The notes beneath the pieces were generated by a model, which was not told the origin of the DNA, searched no databases, and worked only from the letters and a program-made list of their open reading frames with translations. From Thermoflexus sp. (GTDB lineage: Bacteria; Chloroflexota; Anaerolineae; Aggregatilineales; Aggregatilineaceae): a DNA stretch of 64,000 nucleotides. The stretch covers positions 2,559 through 66,558 of the forward strand of contig DYGW01000001.1 of NCBI GenBank assembly GCA_020724485.1, in the 5' to 3' direction. The position numbers and the translations under genes are program-made. This document shows positions 27,761-45,423 of the stretch, one piece after another (the first letter of the stretch is position 1; the number at the start of each line of letters is the position of its first letter).

Positions 27761-27786
27761 CGGGGCCTGGTCAAAGCCAGGCCCCG
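27761..27786. terminator. bidirectional hairpin between convergent genes (26559 gene and greA)
   Basis: Perfect 10-bp stem cggggcctgg/ccaggccccg with a 6-nt loop. Confidence 0.5.
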
Positions 27787-27805
27787 TTGCATTCGCGTGC
27801 CGGAA

Positions 27806-28285
27806 CTACCGCGCGATCTTGATGATCCGGAACTCGACGACGCCACCCGGAGTCTGCACGCGCACCGTATCGCCCACGCGACGCCCCAACAGCGCAGCGC
27901 CCAGCGGACTCTCGTTGGAGATTTTGCCGCTGCGCGGGTCGGCTTCTGCCGCGCCAACAATGCGATAAGTCTCTGCCGGCTCGCCGTCCATCTGCACGGT
28001 CACTTCCGCACCGGGCTGGACAAGAGCGGCTGCTTTGCCATCATCGCGGTCATCAAGGATCGTTGCCACACGCAGCAGGTTTTCCAGGTACTTGATCCGG
28101 CCCTCCAGAAAAGCCTGCTGTTCCTTGGCGTCTGTGTAATCGGCATTCTCAGACAGATCGCCCTGGCTGATCGCCTCTTTGAGCAGCGCCGCCAGTTGAG
28201 GACGCCGCACGTTGACCAATTCTTCCAGTTCGGCGCGTAGCTCGGCTGCGCCCTGTGCCGTCAGGTATTGGTGCTCGTCTGCCAT
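27806..28285 (-). CDS. greA: transcription elongation factor GreA
   Basis: Full-length GreA pattern: LTAQGAAELRAELEEL coiled coil and a C-terminal ISNESPLGAALLGRRVGDTV domain. Confidence 0.93.
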   Translation of the reverse strand: MADEHQYLTAQGAAELRAELEELVNVRRPQLAALLKEAISQGDLSENADYTDAKEQQAFLEGRIKYLENLLRVATILDDRDDGKAAALVQPGAEVTVQMDGEPAETYRIVGAAEADPRSGKISNESPLGAALLGRRVGDTVRVQTPGGVVEFRIIKIAR

Positions 28286-28322
28286 GTTGTCACCTTCAAC
28301 AGAAGTTCCGATCTGAGGTATC

Positions 28323-29480
28323 TCACGTGCGTGTGAAGGGGTCGAAGAGCTTCTGCCACTCTTGCAGCGCGTAACGGTCGGTCATGCCAGCGATGTAGTC
28401 GGTGACAGCGCGGTAAAGGCCACGCTCGTCTATTGCGCGCTGCACGGAAGGCGGGAGTTGGCCCGGCTCGGCGACGTATGTCTCGAAGATTTGCGTGATG
28501 AACCGCTCCGCCTTGACCGCCATGCGCGCCACGCGGTGGTGGCGGTACATCTCGTTGTAGAGAAACGCCTTAAGCTCCGCGTTGCTGCGCTTGATCTCAT
28601 CTGAGTGCTGGACGACGTTGTGCGACAAGCGTTGGATCGCCTCTGGCGACTCTGGCTGCAGACGCGCCAGCACCGCGCCGGTCGCCTCGATCACGTCGTT
28701 GATCTCAATGCCCAGCATCCGCCGGATCATACGGTGGCGGACCTGCTCGGTGAATTGCCTGCCATCCCAGCCAATGCTCTCCTTAAGCATCTGCCAGATG
28801 CCCAGCGCGTCAAGTTGGCGCGGCACCAACAGCCCAGACCGCAGCCCATCGTCCAGGTCGTGCGCGTTGTAAGCCAGCTCATCGGCGATGTTGGCGATCT
28901 GCGCTTCCAGGCCGGCGCGCAGATCGGGATCGAATCCTTCTGCTGCCGAGTCGCTGAGATCGTACTCCGTCTCATGTTTGACAATCCCCTCGCGCAGTTC
29001 GTAGGTCAGGTTCAGCCCCGGCCAGTCGGGATAGCGCGCCTCCAACTGCGTCACAATGCGCAGCGACTGCCGGTTGTGATCGAAGCCGCCGTGCCCCGCC
29101 ATCAGCTTGTTGAGAATCGCCTCACCGGAGTGACCGAACGGCGGATGGCCGAGATCGTGCCCCAGGCAGATCGCCTCGACCAGGTCTTCGTTGGCCCCAA
29201 AGGCGCGGGCCAAGCTGCGCCCGATCTGGGTCACTTCGAGCGTATGCGTCAGGCGCGTCCGGTAGTAGTCGCCCTCGAAGTTGACGAAGACCTGCGTCTT
29301 GTATTCCAGGCGGCGGAAGGCCGTCGTGTGCAGGATGCGATCGCGGTCGCGCTGGAACGCAGTGCGAAACTCCGGCTCGTCTTCTGGATGCTGACGCCCC
29401 TTGCTGGCACGGCTCTGCAGGGCGTAAGGGGCTAGTGTGCGCTCTTCAATCGCTTCAAGCTGCTCACGTGTGATAAGCAT
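28323..29480 (-). CDS. dGTP triphosphohydrolase-like HD-domain protein
   Basis: HD motifs RLTHTLEVTQIGRSLA and HDLGHPPFGH. Start at ATG 29478-29480 (MLITREQLEAIEE). Confidence 0.88.
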   Translation of the reverse strand: MLITREQLEAIEERTLAPYALQSRASKGRQHPEDEPEFRTAFQRDRDRILHTTAFRRLEYKTQVFVNFEGDYYRTRLTHTLEVTQIGRSLARAFGANEDLVEAICLGHDLGHPPFGHSGEAILNKLMAGHGGFDHNRQSLRIVTQLEARYPDWPGLNLTYELREGIVKHETEYDLSDSAAEGFDPDLRAGLEAQIANIADELAYNAHDLDDGLRSGLLVPRQLDALGIWQMLKESIGWDGRQFTEQVRHRMIRRMLGIEINDVIEATGAVLARLQPESPEAIQRLSHNVVQHSDEIKRSNAELKAFLYNEMYRHHRVARMAVKAERFITQIFETYVAEPGQLPPSVQRAIDERGLYRAVTDYIAGMTDRYALQEWQKLFDPFTRT

Positions 29481-29619
29481 GGCACGTACCGTTGGACTTG
29501 AACTGATCTGATGGAAGCTGGTCTGGCGGACAGGATCGAACATACGCTGCGCGGAAGCCCGCGCACGTGTGCAGAGAATATCCAATTACGGCACGCGCTG
29601 CAATCAAATTTCGGGATGG

Positions 29620-31677
<2,058 letters not shown>

Positions 31678-31771
31678 GGCGACACTCCGTGTGAGACCCC
31701 CGCGCTCGAACGCAAATTCTATAGTATAGCGCAAATTGGCTGTGTTGACGAAGATTGTGAGGCAGCGCGGC

Positions 31772-32863
31772 TCAGCGTATCCGCCCTGGGTTCGGCTCGA
31801 CGTAGATGGGATTGCTCAGAATCCACATGCGCTCGCGCCCGTGATAGGAACGCCAGACCTCAACCCGGTACGGGCCAGGATCGCGCACGACATGGGTGAG
31901 ATTCTCGGTCTGCCTCTCCTCGGCGATGATCTCCCCACAGCGCACCAGGCGGATGCGCGCGCGGGCCGGAGCTAGTGTCTGGAGCGTCACACCGTGACCC
32001 AGCCGGATCGTCTCGCCCATGATCGCTGTGGCGTTCTGTCCCTGGGCAGAGAAACGAAAGCCGCGCGTGCTGCCGGGAATGTCGTAGCCGATGAAGGCCC
32101 GCCCCTGCTTGAGCGCCTGGTATACCTGGGCTTTGTCGTAGTCCAGCTCGCCAGTCAGCGCGGACTTGGTGAAGATGTGCGTGTTCACCGAGCTAAACAG
32201 GAAATCATAGGGGAAGACCACATGTGACAGCGGCCCCATTGACACGCGCGTGCCGTGTGCATCGGCGGAGCCGATCCCCACGACCTGGAGACCCATTTCC
32301 AGAAGCTCATCCCACAGGGCAAGCGTCACCGGCGAGGGGCCGGTCATCACATCGTCCGGGCGAAAGACATTGCGGATCCCAGTCCAGCGGTCGGGCAGAT
32401 AGTCCTTGAAGCGGGACATGAAGTTCCACACTTCAAGGCCGGTGAACCCATCCACATAGCGATCCAGCCAGGGAATCGCCGGCTCGCCCAACCACTCGAC
32501 AGCGTTATCGTCCGGGTGGGCGATGAAGCTCAGGCCGCCGGCCTGCTCGACAGCGCTCAGCAGGGTGGGGAGGCTGTGCGCGTACCCCGCCAGCTCTGAC
32601 TCCGCGCCAAAGACGAGCACATGGTTGCCCTGTGGGTTGCGCGTCCGGTCGTGGACTTCCTCTCCGGCGAGCAGCAGCACGTAGCCGCGCGAGTCGTCAC
32701 CGTAGTAGCCTTCGATCCCCTCCACGCGGACATTGTGGTCGGTGAAGATCAGAAAGTCCAGCCCGGCCAGAAGCGCAGCCTGGGCGACGTGTTCGTGGCT
32801 GCCCTCTCCGTCCGAGTAGGGGGTATGGACGTGGAGATTCCCGGTGTACTCGAAGTACGGCAT
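31772..32863 (-). CDS. PHP-domain (CehA/McbA-like) metallohydrolase
   Basis: N-terminal [18 protein letters not shown] motif with further His/Asp ligand motifs (FTDHN, IAHPDD, SADAHG). Start at ATG 32861-32863. Confidence 0.75.
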   Translation of the reverse strand: MPYFEYTGNLHVHTPYSDGEGSHEHVAQAALLAGLDFLIFTDHNVRVEGIEGYYGDDSRGYVLLLAGEEVHDRTRNPQGNHVLVFGAESELAGYAHSLPTLLSAVEQAGGLSFIAHPDDNAVEWLGEPAIPWLDRYVDGFTGLEVWNFMSRFKDYLPDRWTGIRNVFRPDDVMTGPSPVTLALWDELLEMGLQVVGIGSADAHGTRVSMGPLSHVVFPYDFLFSSVNTHIFTKSALTGELDYDKAQVYQALKQGRAFIGYDIPGSTRGFRFSAQGQNATAIMGETIRLGHGVTLQTLAPARARIRLVRCGEIIAEERQTENLTHVVRDPGPYRVEVWRSYHGRERMWILSNPIYVEPNPGRIR

Positions 32864-32992
32864 GACGCTCTCTCGTGCGGTAACGTGCGGGCGCAGCGTG
32901 CTAAGCGTACTGCTCCGGTGGATGGCTGTCAAGAGAGCGACGTGTAGCACCCTTCGGCTGTGGTATACTAACGCCATGACTCAAACAGCGTA

Positions 32993-33859
32993 GTGACAAG
33001 TCAGGAAGTGAGCAGAGTCATGCAGTCTTCAGGCGGAAGCGCGCCCAATAGCCAGCCCCCACGTGCCTCAGATAATCTGCCGGATCAGCGGGAACGGCGA
33101 CCGCCGCTGGACACCGGCGCGGCCCAGCCAACCCGCCCGCTCGTGCCGTTGCAGCCTCTCGGCGCGCGCCCTGACCCGCCAGCCCCGCCCAGCAGCCAGC
33201 ATGACCGGCGCGCCCGCCGTCGCCGCGACAGCCGGCAGGCCCGCAGCAGTGCCCCGCCGCGACAAGCACTTCCGGGTATGCCCGCCCGCCCGGCAACGCG
33301 GCGAGACGCGCGGAGCAGCGGATTGTACCTCCCCTGGTGGTCACTGGTGATCATGGTCGCGGTCGTGGGGGCCGTCACCCTGGTGCTCGTGCTGGCGTTC
33401 TCGGCTTTGGCGGAGCCGCAGACTCCGGGCGATCAGGTGCCGCGCGTCCAGGTGGTCACTGCGCAGCCAACGCTCAGCCAGGACTTCCTGGGCGGGGCAG
33501 GGCAGGGGGAAACAGATAGCCAGGGCTTGTGGCCGACGCCGATTCGCCCCGCGCAACCCACGCCCACTATCGCGCTGCCGACACCGATCCCCAGCCCCTC
33601 GCTCCCTCCCGGCAATATCACTATAGGCGTGCTGGTCAAAGTGGTTGGGGTGGGGGCCACGGGGCTGAATATCCGCTCGACGCCCGGCACCGGCGAAGCC
33701 AGCACACCGCGCTTCGTCGCCCCAGAAGAGTCTGTCTTTGTCGTCGTTGAGGGGCCGCAAACCGCCGACGGCCTGGAATGGTGGCGGTTGGAAGACCCTG
33801 ACGACGCAGAGCGATTCGGCTGGGCAGCGCGCAATTACCTGGAAGTCGTCTCTGAATAG
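32993..33859 (+). CDS. single-pass membrane protein with Pro/Arg-rich cytoplasmic tail and extracellular SH3b-like domain
   Basis: TM LVIMVAVVGAVTLVLVLAF. C-terminus GLNIRSTPG...VVEGPQTADGLEWWRL...GWAARNYLEV resembles bacterial SH3. The start is uncertain (GTG 32993 or ATG 33020). Confidence 0.6.
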   Translation: MTSQEVSRVMQSSGGSAPNSQPPRASDNLPDQRERRPPLDTGAAQPTRPLVPLQPLGARPDPPAPPSSQHDRRARRRRDSRQARSSAPPRQALPGMPARPATRRDARSSGLYLPWWSLVIMVAVVGAVTLVLVLAFSALAEPQTPGDQVPRVQVVTAQPTLSQDFLGGAGQGETDSQGLWPTPIRPAQPTPTIALPTPIPSPSLPPGNITIGVLVKVVGVGATGLNIRSTPGTGEASTPRFVAPEESVFVVVEGPQTADGLEWWRLEDPDDAERFGWAARNYLEVVSE

Positions 33860-37130
<3,271 letters not shown>

Positions 37131-37139
37131 GCGAGGCGA

Positions 37140-38066
37140 TCAGCCTTCTTCGCTCTTGGCGGCAAGCTGGGCGATCTTCTGGCTGGTCTCGCGCCAGCTA
37201 ATGCGGCTGAGGCCCATCTTCTCGCGGACGGTTTCAGAGTCCATGCCGCGCTGGTGATCGCGCACGGCGCTCGTCCAGCGCAGAATCTCGAACGAGACGC
37301 GCGCGCCGACACCTGCGGCCAGCGCCACGTCATGTAGAATGTACTCCAGGTTGCGCGCTGTACACTCGAAAATGAACGTCCCCGGCTGGTACTGCGCCAG
37401 ATACTCGTCCAGCACTGCCAACCAGTCGGGGTTCAGGGGAATCTTGCGCTCCCGGTACACATTCTTCGGACTGCGGTGGCGCACAATGAGATACGGGCGG
37501 CGCGGGTCGTCCCTGATCACGTCGTCCGGCTTCAAGCGCATACATTCGCTTTTCTTGAGGCCCGTGTCGAGCAGCAGGCGGACGAGCAGATCAGGGCGGG
37601 CGTCCGGCGACTCTGCCACGCGCAAGCTGGCCGTGTGGCTCAGCAGCCGCTCGATCTCCTGCTCCGACAGCACGGTTTGCAGCGGCGCCGCGCCCGACCG
37701 CTGTAGCAGGGCATCGGCTGGATCGTGCCGGAGCACACGCTCAGCCTTCAGGAACTTGAAGAACACTTTGAGCGTGGTCACCCGGCGCGCATAACTCTTG
37801 CGGCTGCACGGCACTCCCCGGCCATGCTCCAGCCATTCCAGAAAGTGATTGAGCTTGGAGGTGGTGAAGTCCTTGAGTGCGAAGTCCTCGCCGAAGAACT
37901 CTTCGACCAGGCGCAGGTCAGACGAGAACGCGGTGATCGTGTGCTCGCTGCGCCCCTCTTGGCGCAGGTGCGCCAGGAAGGGCATATGAGCGTCCGCCAG
38001 GCGGCTACGCGAGGTAAGCCCGTGCTCGGCATCACTGGGGAAGAGAGGAAGTTGCCGGTGAGTCAT
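37140..38066 (-). CDS. tyrosine-recombinase-fold protein with degenerate active site (probably non-catalytic)
   Basis: SAM-like N-domain (HTITAFSSDLRLVEEFF) and a recognisable catalytic fold. Canonical residues are replaced: GLRxSE is GLKKSE, HxxR is EILR, LGH is MGL, and there is no Tyr anywhere in the last ~50 aa. Confidence 0.7.
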   Translation of the reverse strand: MTHRQLPLFPSDAEHGLTSRSRLADAHMPFLAHLRQEGRSEHTITAFSSDLRLVEEFFGEDFALKDFTTSKLNHFLEWLEHGRGVPCSRKSYARRVTTLKVFFKFLKAERVLRHDPADALLQRSGAAPLQTVLSEQEIERLLSHTASLRVAESPDARPDLLVRLLLDTGLKKSECMRLKPDDVIRDDPRRPYLIVRHRSPKNVYRERKIPLNPDWLAVLDEYLAQYQPGTFIFECTARNLEYILHDVALAAGVGARVSFEILRWTSAVRDHQRGMDSETVREKMGLSRISWRETSQKIAQLAAKSEEG

Positions 38067-38322
38067 GTCGCTTCGATCAGTGGGTGCCAGACAACCGGCG
38101 GCCAGCGGTGTCTTTGAGACAAGATTGTGATAGGTACATATCTCTATTAGAATGGCTATAGTATGATTATGGAAAAATCAGCCCAAGTCCGCACGAAAGG
38201 GCTTTGCATCCCGCGTTTTGGGAAGTGAGTCGGCCTGAATTCCAGCCTCACGACTCAAGTCCTGGGACTCAAACCCCACACTCCGCCCGCCGCCAAAACA
38301 GGCCCAGACCAGCATCAGGGAG

Positions 38323-40101
38323 GTGCAGCACATGGTCACGTATCAGGACAAGCCCTGGCTCAAGCACTACGATTCGGGTGTTCCGCACAGTTTAGCACCA
38401 TATCCCAGGCACCCGCTACACCAATACCTGACCGACGCTTCCGCCGCTGACTACGGAGCGATGGCGGTCATCACTGCCGCGCACCTGCCATTGGTGGGCC
38501 ACGTAACCAGCCATATGTCATACGGCACGCTGAATGATCTCACCGATGCGCTGGCTGTGGCCCTGGTAGACCTGGGTCTGAAGAAGGGCGACCGTGTGGC
38601 CCTGATCCTGCCCAACTGCGCGCAGTTCGTGCTGGCTTTCTACGCCACGCTCAAGGCGGGTGGAGTCGTGGTAGCGGTCAACCCGACATTCCCCCCCGCC
38701 AAAATGGCTGAGCAGTTGATTGACAGCGGCGCTACCTTCGCCATCACGCTGACCTTGTTTTATGAGAATCTGAAGAAGATTCAGGCCCAGACGAAAGTCC
38801 AGCAGATCATTGCCACCGGCATCAAGGAATACCTGCCTCCCTCAGCGCGCGTCCTGTTCACACTGGCTAAAGAGAAAAAAGAGGGACACCGCATCACCAA
38901 GCGCCCCGAAGACCACTGGCTGCAAGACCTGCTGACCCGCTACGCGGGCCGGCGGCCCAGCGTGGACGTGCAGGGCGACGACATTGCCATCTTCCAGTAC
39001 ACCGGCGGCACCACAGGGATTCCAAAGGCGGCGATGTCAACCCATAGCGCGCTGGTCGCCAACACGGTGCAATGCCGGGAATGGCTGGCGCGCAAGGGAG
39101 TACAGGAGAGCTTCCTGGCGGCTATCCCGCTGTTTCACGTGTTCGGCATGGTGGCGGTGATGAGCTTCGCCGTATCGCTCGGTGCCGCCATGATCATGGT
39201 GCCCAACGCGCGCGACATCACCGATGTGGTACAGAAGATTGACCGCTACCGCCCGACGCTGTTTATGGGCGTGCCCGCCCTCTACAACGCGATCAACCGC
39301 CACCCAGGGATCATCGCCGGCAAGTACGATCTGTCGTCCATCTACGCCTGCATCAGCGGATCGGCCCCGCTGCCCCCCGCGACCAAGCGGCGTTTCGAAG
39401 AACTCACCGGAGGCGTGCTTCTCGAAGGGTTCGGCATGAGCGAAGCGCCCACCGCCTCCCATGTTAACCCGGTGCGCGGCGAGAATCGCACCGGCTCAAT
39501 TGGCCTGCCACTTCCTGACATGGAGATGCGCATTGTTGACCTGGATGAAGGCGTCGCCGATGTGCCGGTGGGGGAGGTAGGCGAGCTGATCATGCACGGC
39601 CCTCAACTGATGCGCGGCTACTACGAGATGCCCACCGAAACGGCCAACGCGCTGCGTCCTGATGCCGACGGGAAGCTCTGGCTCTACACTGGCGACATCG
39701 CGCGCATGGACGAGGACGGCTACTTCTATATCGTGGACCGCAAGAAGGATATGGCGCTGATCGGCGGCTTCAACGTGTACCCGCGTCTGGTCGAAGATGT
39801 GCTCATGGAGCATCCAGCCGTGCAAGAGGTGGGTGTGGCAGCTATTCCCCATCCCGATCCAGAAAAGGTGGGGCAGGAAGCCCTGAAAGCCTGGGTCGTC
39901 GTCAAGAAGGGGCAGACTCTGACGGACAAGGAACTGATCACCTTCGCCAGCGAAAAACTGGCCCGTTATGAAATCCCGACCCGTTTCGCGTTCGTGGACG
40001 AACTGCCGCGCACGACGGTCGGCAAGATTCTGCGGCGCGAGTTGGCGCGCATGGAACTGGAAGCCCGCGAGCAGCAGGAAGAAGCCGGGCCGGCTGAGTA
40101 A
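38323..40101 (+). CDS. fadD: long-chain fatty acid-CoA ligase (AMP-forming)
   Basis: AMP-binding motif YTGGTTGIPKAAMSTH, plus YTGDIARMDEDGYFYIVDRKKD and a C-terminal GKILRR. Confidence 0.88.
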   Translation: MQHMVTYQDKPWLKHYDSGVPHSLAPYPRHPLHQYLTDASAADYGAMAVITAAHLPLVGHVTSHMSYGTLNDLTDALAVALVDLGLKKGDRVALILPNCAQFVLAFYATLKAGGVVVAVNPTFPPAKMAEQLIDSGATFAITLTLFYENLKKIQAQTKVQQIIATGIKEYLPPSARVLFTLAKEKKEGHRITKRPEDHWLQDLLTRYAGRRPSVDVQGDDIAIFQYTGGTTGIPKAAMSTHSALVANTVQCREWLARKGVQESFLAAIPLFHVFGMVAVMSFAVSLGAAMIMVPNARDITDVVQKIDRYRPTLFMGVPALYNAINRHPGIIAGKYDLSSIYACISGSAPLPPATKRRFEELTGGVLLEGFGMSEAPTASHVNPVRGENRTGSIGLPLPDMEMRIVDLDEGVADVPVGEVGELIMHGPQLMRGYYEMPTETANALRPDADGKLWLYTGDIARMDEDGYFYIVDRKKDMALIGGFNVYPRLVEDVLMEHPAVQEVGVAAIPHPDPEKVGQEALKAWVVVKKGQTLTDKELITFASEKLARYEIPTRFAFVDELPRTTVGKILRRELARMELEAREQQEEAGPAE

Positions 40102-40146
40102 CTGCGCTGCTCTCGCGCTCTCCCATGACGGGGGTACGGCGAGCGG

Positions 40147-41427
40147 CTAAGGCTGCGTGGGGCTTCGCTTGCCCCAGCCCTCGCGGAGCATCCGTAAGGC
40201 GTTGCCCCCCAGGATGTTCTCGATGTCCTGGTTCGTGTACCTGCGGCGCGTGGGCGAGTCGTGCTCGGCCAGCAGTCGCTCAGTCAGGCGCGGTAGTTCG
40301 GAGGTATCCTTGAGATCATCGGGCGGGTCGGTGAATCCGTCGAAGTCGCTGCCAATGGCGATGTGCTCAGTCGAGCCTCCCGCTGCGGCGACGAACTGCC
40401 CGATGGTGCGCGCGACACAGTCCAGCCCCAGGTCCGTGCGGTAGGGGGCCAGCCAGTAATTCATGAGGATGACGCCAACCACACCGCCATGATTGGCGAT
40501 CCAGCGGATCTCCCAGTCTTCGAGGTTATAGGGGCTGGGGTTCAGCGTGTACGCGCCGACATGCGACGCCATGACCAACGAACTTGCGCCGCTCTGCCCG
40601 ACGATCTCATACACGTCGCGGCGGGCGGGCGGAGTGCAGTGGCTGATGTCAATGAGCATGCCCAGCTCGATCATGCGCCGCACAACGATGCGCCCCACCG
40701 GCGTCAGGCCGCGCGTCAGGTCAATGTCCTCCATCAAGCGATCCAGCCGCCGCCGAGGTAGCAGGGGCAGGATGTATTGTGGGTATGGAAACACCGTCAT
40801 GCCCAGGGCATTGGGATAGAAGTGCACCAGCGTGAGCGCTGCACAGCCTCGCTCAAAGAACTTCTCCAGGTTAGCGATGATCTCTGGCTCGCTGCCCGTC
40901 GCACCTTCGAGGCAATGCCCCCCTTCCAGCGTGTGCACGAAGGCGATGGGGCCATCCGACCCCTGGCTCAGGAGGATGTGCTCAAGCTCTGCGCTGGAAC
41001 GGGCCAGGACGACAGGACGCTGTCCGGGGGTCTTCTCGGCTTGTTGGCTGTAAGTGGCCAGACGCTTCTCCAGATCGCCGAACAGGTGTTGCGTCACCTC
41101 TGCATAGGGCGGTTCCATCAAGTCCTTCCACGTGCGCCGCACAAACGACCAGGGAATCAGGCGCAGCAGTCTGATCAGGGGCAAGTCCTCGATCAGGCGC
41201 TTTTCTGGCGCGTAGATCGCGGAGAGCAGCACATCTACCCCGCCAGCCTGCAACGCCGGAAAGTTTGTGCGCACGTTGAGCGGCCAGAAGAATGCCTGGA
41301 TCGCCTTGTCGCGCCGCAGCAGGTTCTTATGGAACAGGGCGCTTTTCAGAGCGGGATGGGCGTGAATGTCAACAACGGTAGCACGGTGATGCAAGTCCAA
41401 CCAGGGTGAGGGAGTGCTCTCGTTCAT
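40147..41427 (-). CDS. membrane dipeptidase family (peptidase M19) protein
   Basis: VVDIHAHP metal-ligand start and the IGSDFDG motif. ATG 41425-41427 has GGAG 6 nt upstream. The track start is 41463. Confidence 0.8.
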   Translation of the reverse strand: MNESTPSPWLDLHHRATVVDIHAHPALKSALFHKNLLRRDKAIQAFFWPLNVRTNFPALQAGGVDVLLSAIYAPEKRLIEDLPLIRLLRLIPWSFVRRTWKDLMEPPYAEVTQHLFGDLEKRLATYSQQAEKTPGQRPVVLARSSAELEHILLSQGSDGPIAFVHTLEGGHCLEGATGSEPEIIANLEKFFERGCAALTLVHFYPNALGMTVFPYPQYILPLLPRRRLDRLMEDIDLTRGLTPVGRIVVRRMIELGMLIDISHCTPPARRDVYEIVGQSGASSLVMASHVGAYTLNPSPYNLEDWEIRWIANHGGVVGVILMNYWLAPYRTDLGLDCVARTIGQFVAAAGGSTEHIAIGSDFDGFTDPPDDLKDTSELPRLTERLLAEHDSPTRRRYTNQDIENILGGNALRMLREGWGKRSPTQP

Positions 41428-41530
41428 CGGGGTCTCCGCGCAGATGCCACACCAGGTGTTCACGGATGCGGAAGCTACCCTGCATTGTACATGCAGTCCG
41501 TCCAGGTGGGCAATGCCGGACGGCAGGTGT

Positions 41531-41559
41531 AAAAAAGAAGCCCCGCCGGGCGGGGCTTC
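41531..41559 (-). terminator. rho-independent terminator of ftsH
   Basis: Stem gaagccccg/cggggcttc with A6 on the plus strand (T6 on the minus strand) at 41531-41536. Confidence 0.6.
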
Positions 41560-41630
41560 TCAGCTTGTTGACCAGAGGTTAGGCAGGTTCAGGAGCGGAC
41601 AGGCATTAAGGCTGGTCTGTGATCTGGAGC

Positions 41631-41733
41631 GGCTCTTCACTCTACCCCCCCTCGGCGCTAACGTTCCTCGCCTCCTCCTCTCCGCAGCGGAGGGGGGGGA
41701 AGGCCGAGCGTAGCGAGGCCAGAGGGTGAGGTC
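41631..41733 (-). repeat. palindromic G/C-rich intergenic repeat, family 2, copy B (inverted relative to copy A)
   Basis: Its reverse complement aligns with 21757-21856 (gacctcaccctctggcctcgctacgctcggcc...). It lies between the ftsH stop and its terminator. Confidence 0.65.
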
Positions 41734-41784
41734 AGCAACAAGGCGGTGTCTTAATGCTTCCTTTGTTGCTGTCCGCCCCTGAAG

Positions 41785-43728
<1,944 letters not shown>

Positions 43729-43943
43729 TCTAAGCCTCCAGCCCCCACAACAGACGTGCCCATTACCGTACCCCTTGCCAAAGGACAGATGTCTCTCTCG
43801 ATCTGAGGAGTTTGCATGATTGCTAACTAGAATTATACAGGATCGAACAGTCGAAGGCCAGATGATTAGGCGAATGGTGAATTAACGTTGCATAAGAAAC
43901 CCCGCGCAGAGATAACTGTTCGCGCGCTGAGCAGGCGCACTCA

Positions 43944-45203
43944 TCACCCAGCCCACGCCTGGTAGACTGCTATCCACAAGGGGATGAGCAGCATGACGGC
44001 AATGAGCGCGATGAAAGCCAGGACCAGCGTCACCAGATCGAGCTGTGGCGGCTCCTCAATTGCCCGGTAACGTGACTGAATCATGGGATCGGGCGGCTGC
44101 GGCGGAGAGTACGCGGGGCGGGCGACGGACGCCATGCCCGGTGCTGTGGCCGGACTGCGATAGGCAGGCTCCGAGTAGATGTAGGTAGGAGCCTCAGAAC
44201 GGGGCGAGCCAGCAGGTGCCGGGATCGGCTGCGGGATTGCCGGTTCCGGGCTGCCCGCCCGATTGTCGCTCTGGATGGGCGGCAGAGGACCAGAGGGCGG
44301 CACCGTCGCCGCCGTGTCTGGAAAGGAGGCTTCGGCACTGACTTCCGGCACCACGTCAGTGGTCACCTGACCGCGACGGCGATAGCTGACCAGGATACGC
44401 CCGAACTGATCTGCCGTGCGGTAACGCGACGTGGGTTCCTTGGCCAGCACCTTCAGCAGAATGCGATCCAGGTGTTCTGGCACATTGGGGTTGAACTCTG
44501 CAGCGCGCGGCGGCGTCTCGCGGATATGCGCCATCGCCAATTCCTGCTGATCGGTGCCCACGAACGGGAGCCGCCCGGTGAGCATCTCGAACAGCACGAT
44601 GCCAATCGCGTACACGTCCGAAGCGGGCGTGGGCGCTTCGCCCTGGGCCTGTTCGGGCGAGAAGTAGTGCGGGCTGCCCCACACCACGCGCTGGCGCTCG
44701 CGGTCGCGCGGCTTGGTCGCCGTCAGCGCCTGGGCGATGCCGAAGTCGGTGACCTTGACGTTGTCGCTCTCCGTCACCAGGACATTCTGCGGCTTCACAT
44801 CCGCGTGAACCAGCCCGGCGCGGTGCGCATAACCCACGCCAGCGCAGATTTTGATGGCGATGCTCAGCGCCCGGTCAATGGAGAAGGGGGCACCGGCCCG
44901 GATCAGGCGCTTGAGGTCTTCGCCATCCACGTACTCCATGACGATGTAATGGGTGTTCCCATCCTGGCCTACGTCGTGGACGGTGACAATGTTCGGGTGC
45001 GACAGGTTGGCGACGTTGCGCGCTTCCTGGCGGAACCGCTTGAGGAATTCCGGGTCGCTGGTCAGGCTAGGGCGCAATATCTTGACCGCCACTGTGCGGC
45101 CCAACGCGAGATCGGTGGCCTTGTAGATGACGGCCATGCCGCCCGATCCCTGCTGCGCCAACAACCGGTACCGCCCGTTCAGAAGCGTCTCTTGCGAGGA
45201 CAT
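43944..45203 (-). CDS. Ser/Thr protein kinase with Pro-rich linker and C-terminal TM anchor
   Basis: Hanks motifs GSGGMAVIYKA, HADVKPQNV, DFGIA and SPEQ. C-terminal TM LVLAFIALIAVMLLIPLWI. Confidence 0.9.
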   Translation of the reverse strand: MSSQETLLNGRYRLLAQQGSGGMAVIYKATDLALGRTVAVKILRPSLTSDPEFLKRFRQEARNVANLSHPNIVTVHDVGQDGNTHYIVMEYVDGEDLKRLIRAGAPFSIDRALSIAIKICAGVGYAHRAGLVHADVKPQNVLVTESDNVKVTDFGIAQALTATKPRDRERQRVVWGSPHYFSPEQAQGEAPTPASDVYAIGIVLFEMLTGRLPFVGTDQQELAMAHIRETPPRAAEFNPNVPEHLDRILLKVLAKEPTSRYRTADQFGRILVSYRRRGQVTTDVVPEVSAEASFPDTAATVPPSGPLPPIQSDNRAGSPEPAIPQPIPAPAGSPRSEAPTYIYSEPAYRSPATAPGMASVARPAYSPPQPPDPMIQSRYRAIEEPPQLDLVTLVLAFIALIAVMLLIPLWIAVYQAWAG

Positions 45204-45423
45204 CCGCCATCCATTCTCTGGCTCTGCGTGAGTTGAACACTGTTTTGGTACATCTTAATAATGCTCGGTCTCTGGCGATAATGCAAGTACTTTTTCATTC
45301 CGGCACAGGAGCTAGTTAGGAGGCAAAGCACCGTCTATAATCTGTTCTGTATCATGCGGCTATGCCGTCATTCATCTCTTTTGCGGCGGGCCTGGTGAGG
45401 CCAAGCACAAGGAAGGAATCCAG

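Noticed and set aside
37140-38066. Calling the degenerate recombinase a pseudogene or a prophage remnant.
   Set aside because: The reading frame is intact and full length with native-like GC. No phage or IS genes flank it, and the substitutions are confined to catalytic positions. It is therefore reported as a probable non-catalytic paralogue instead.
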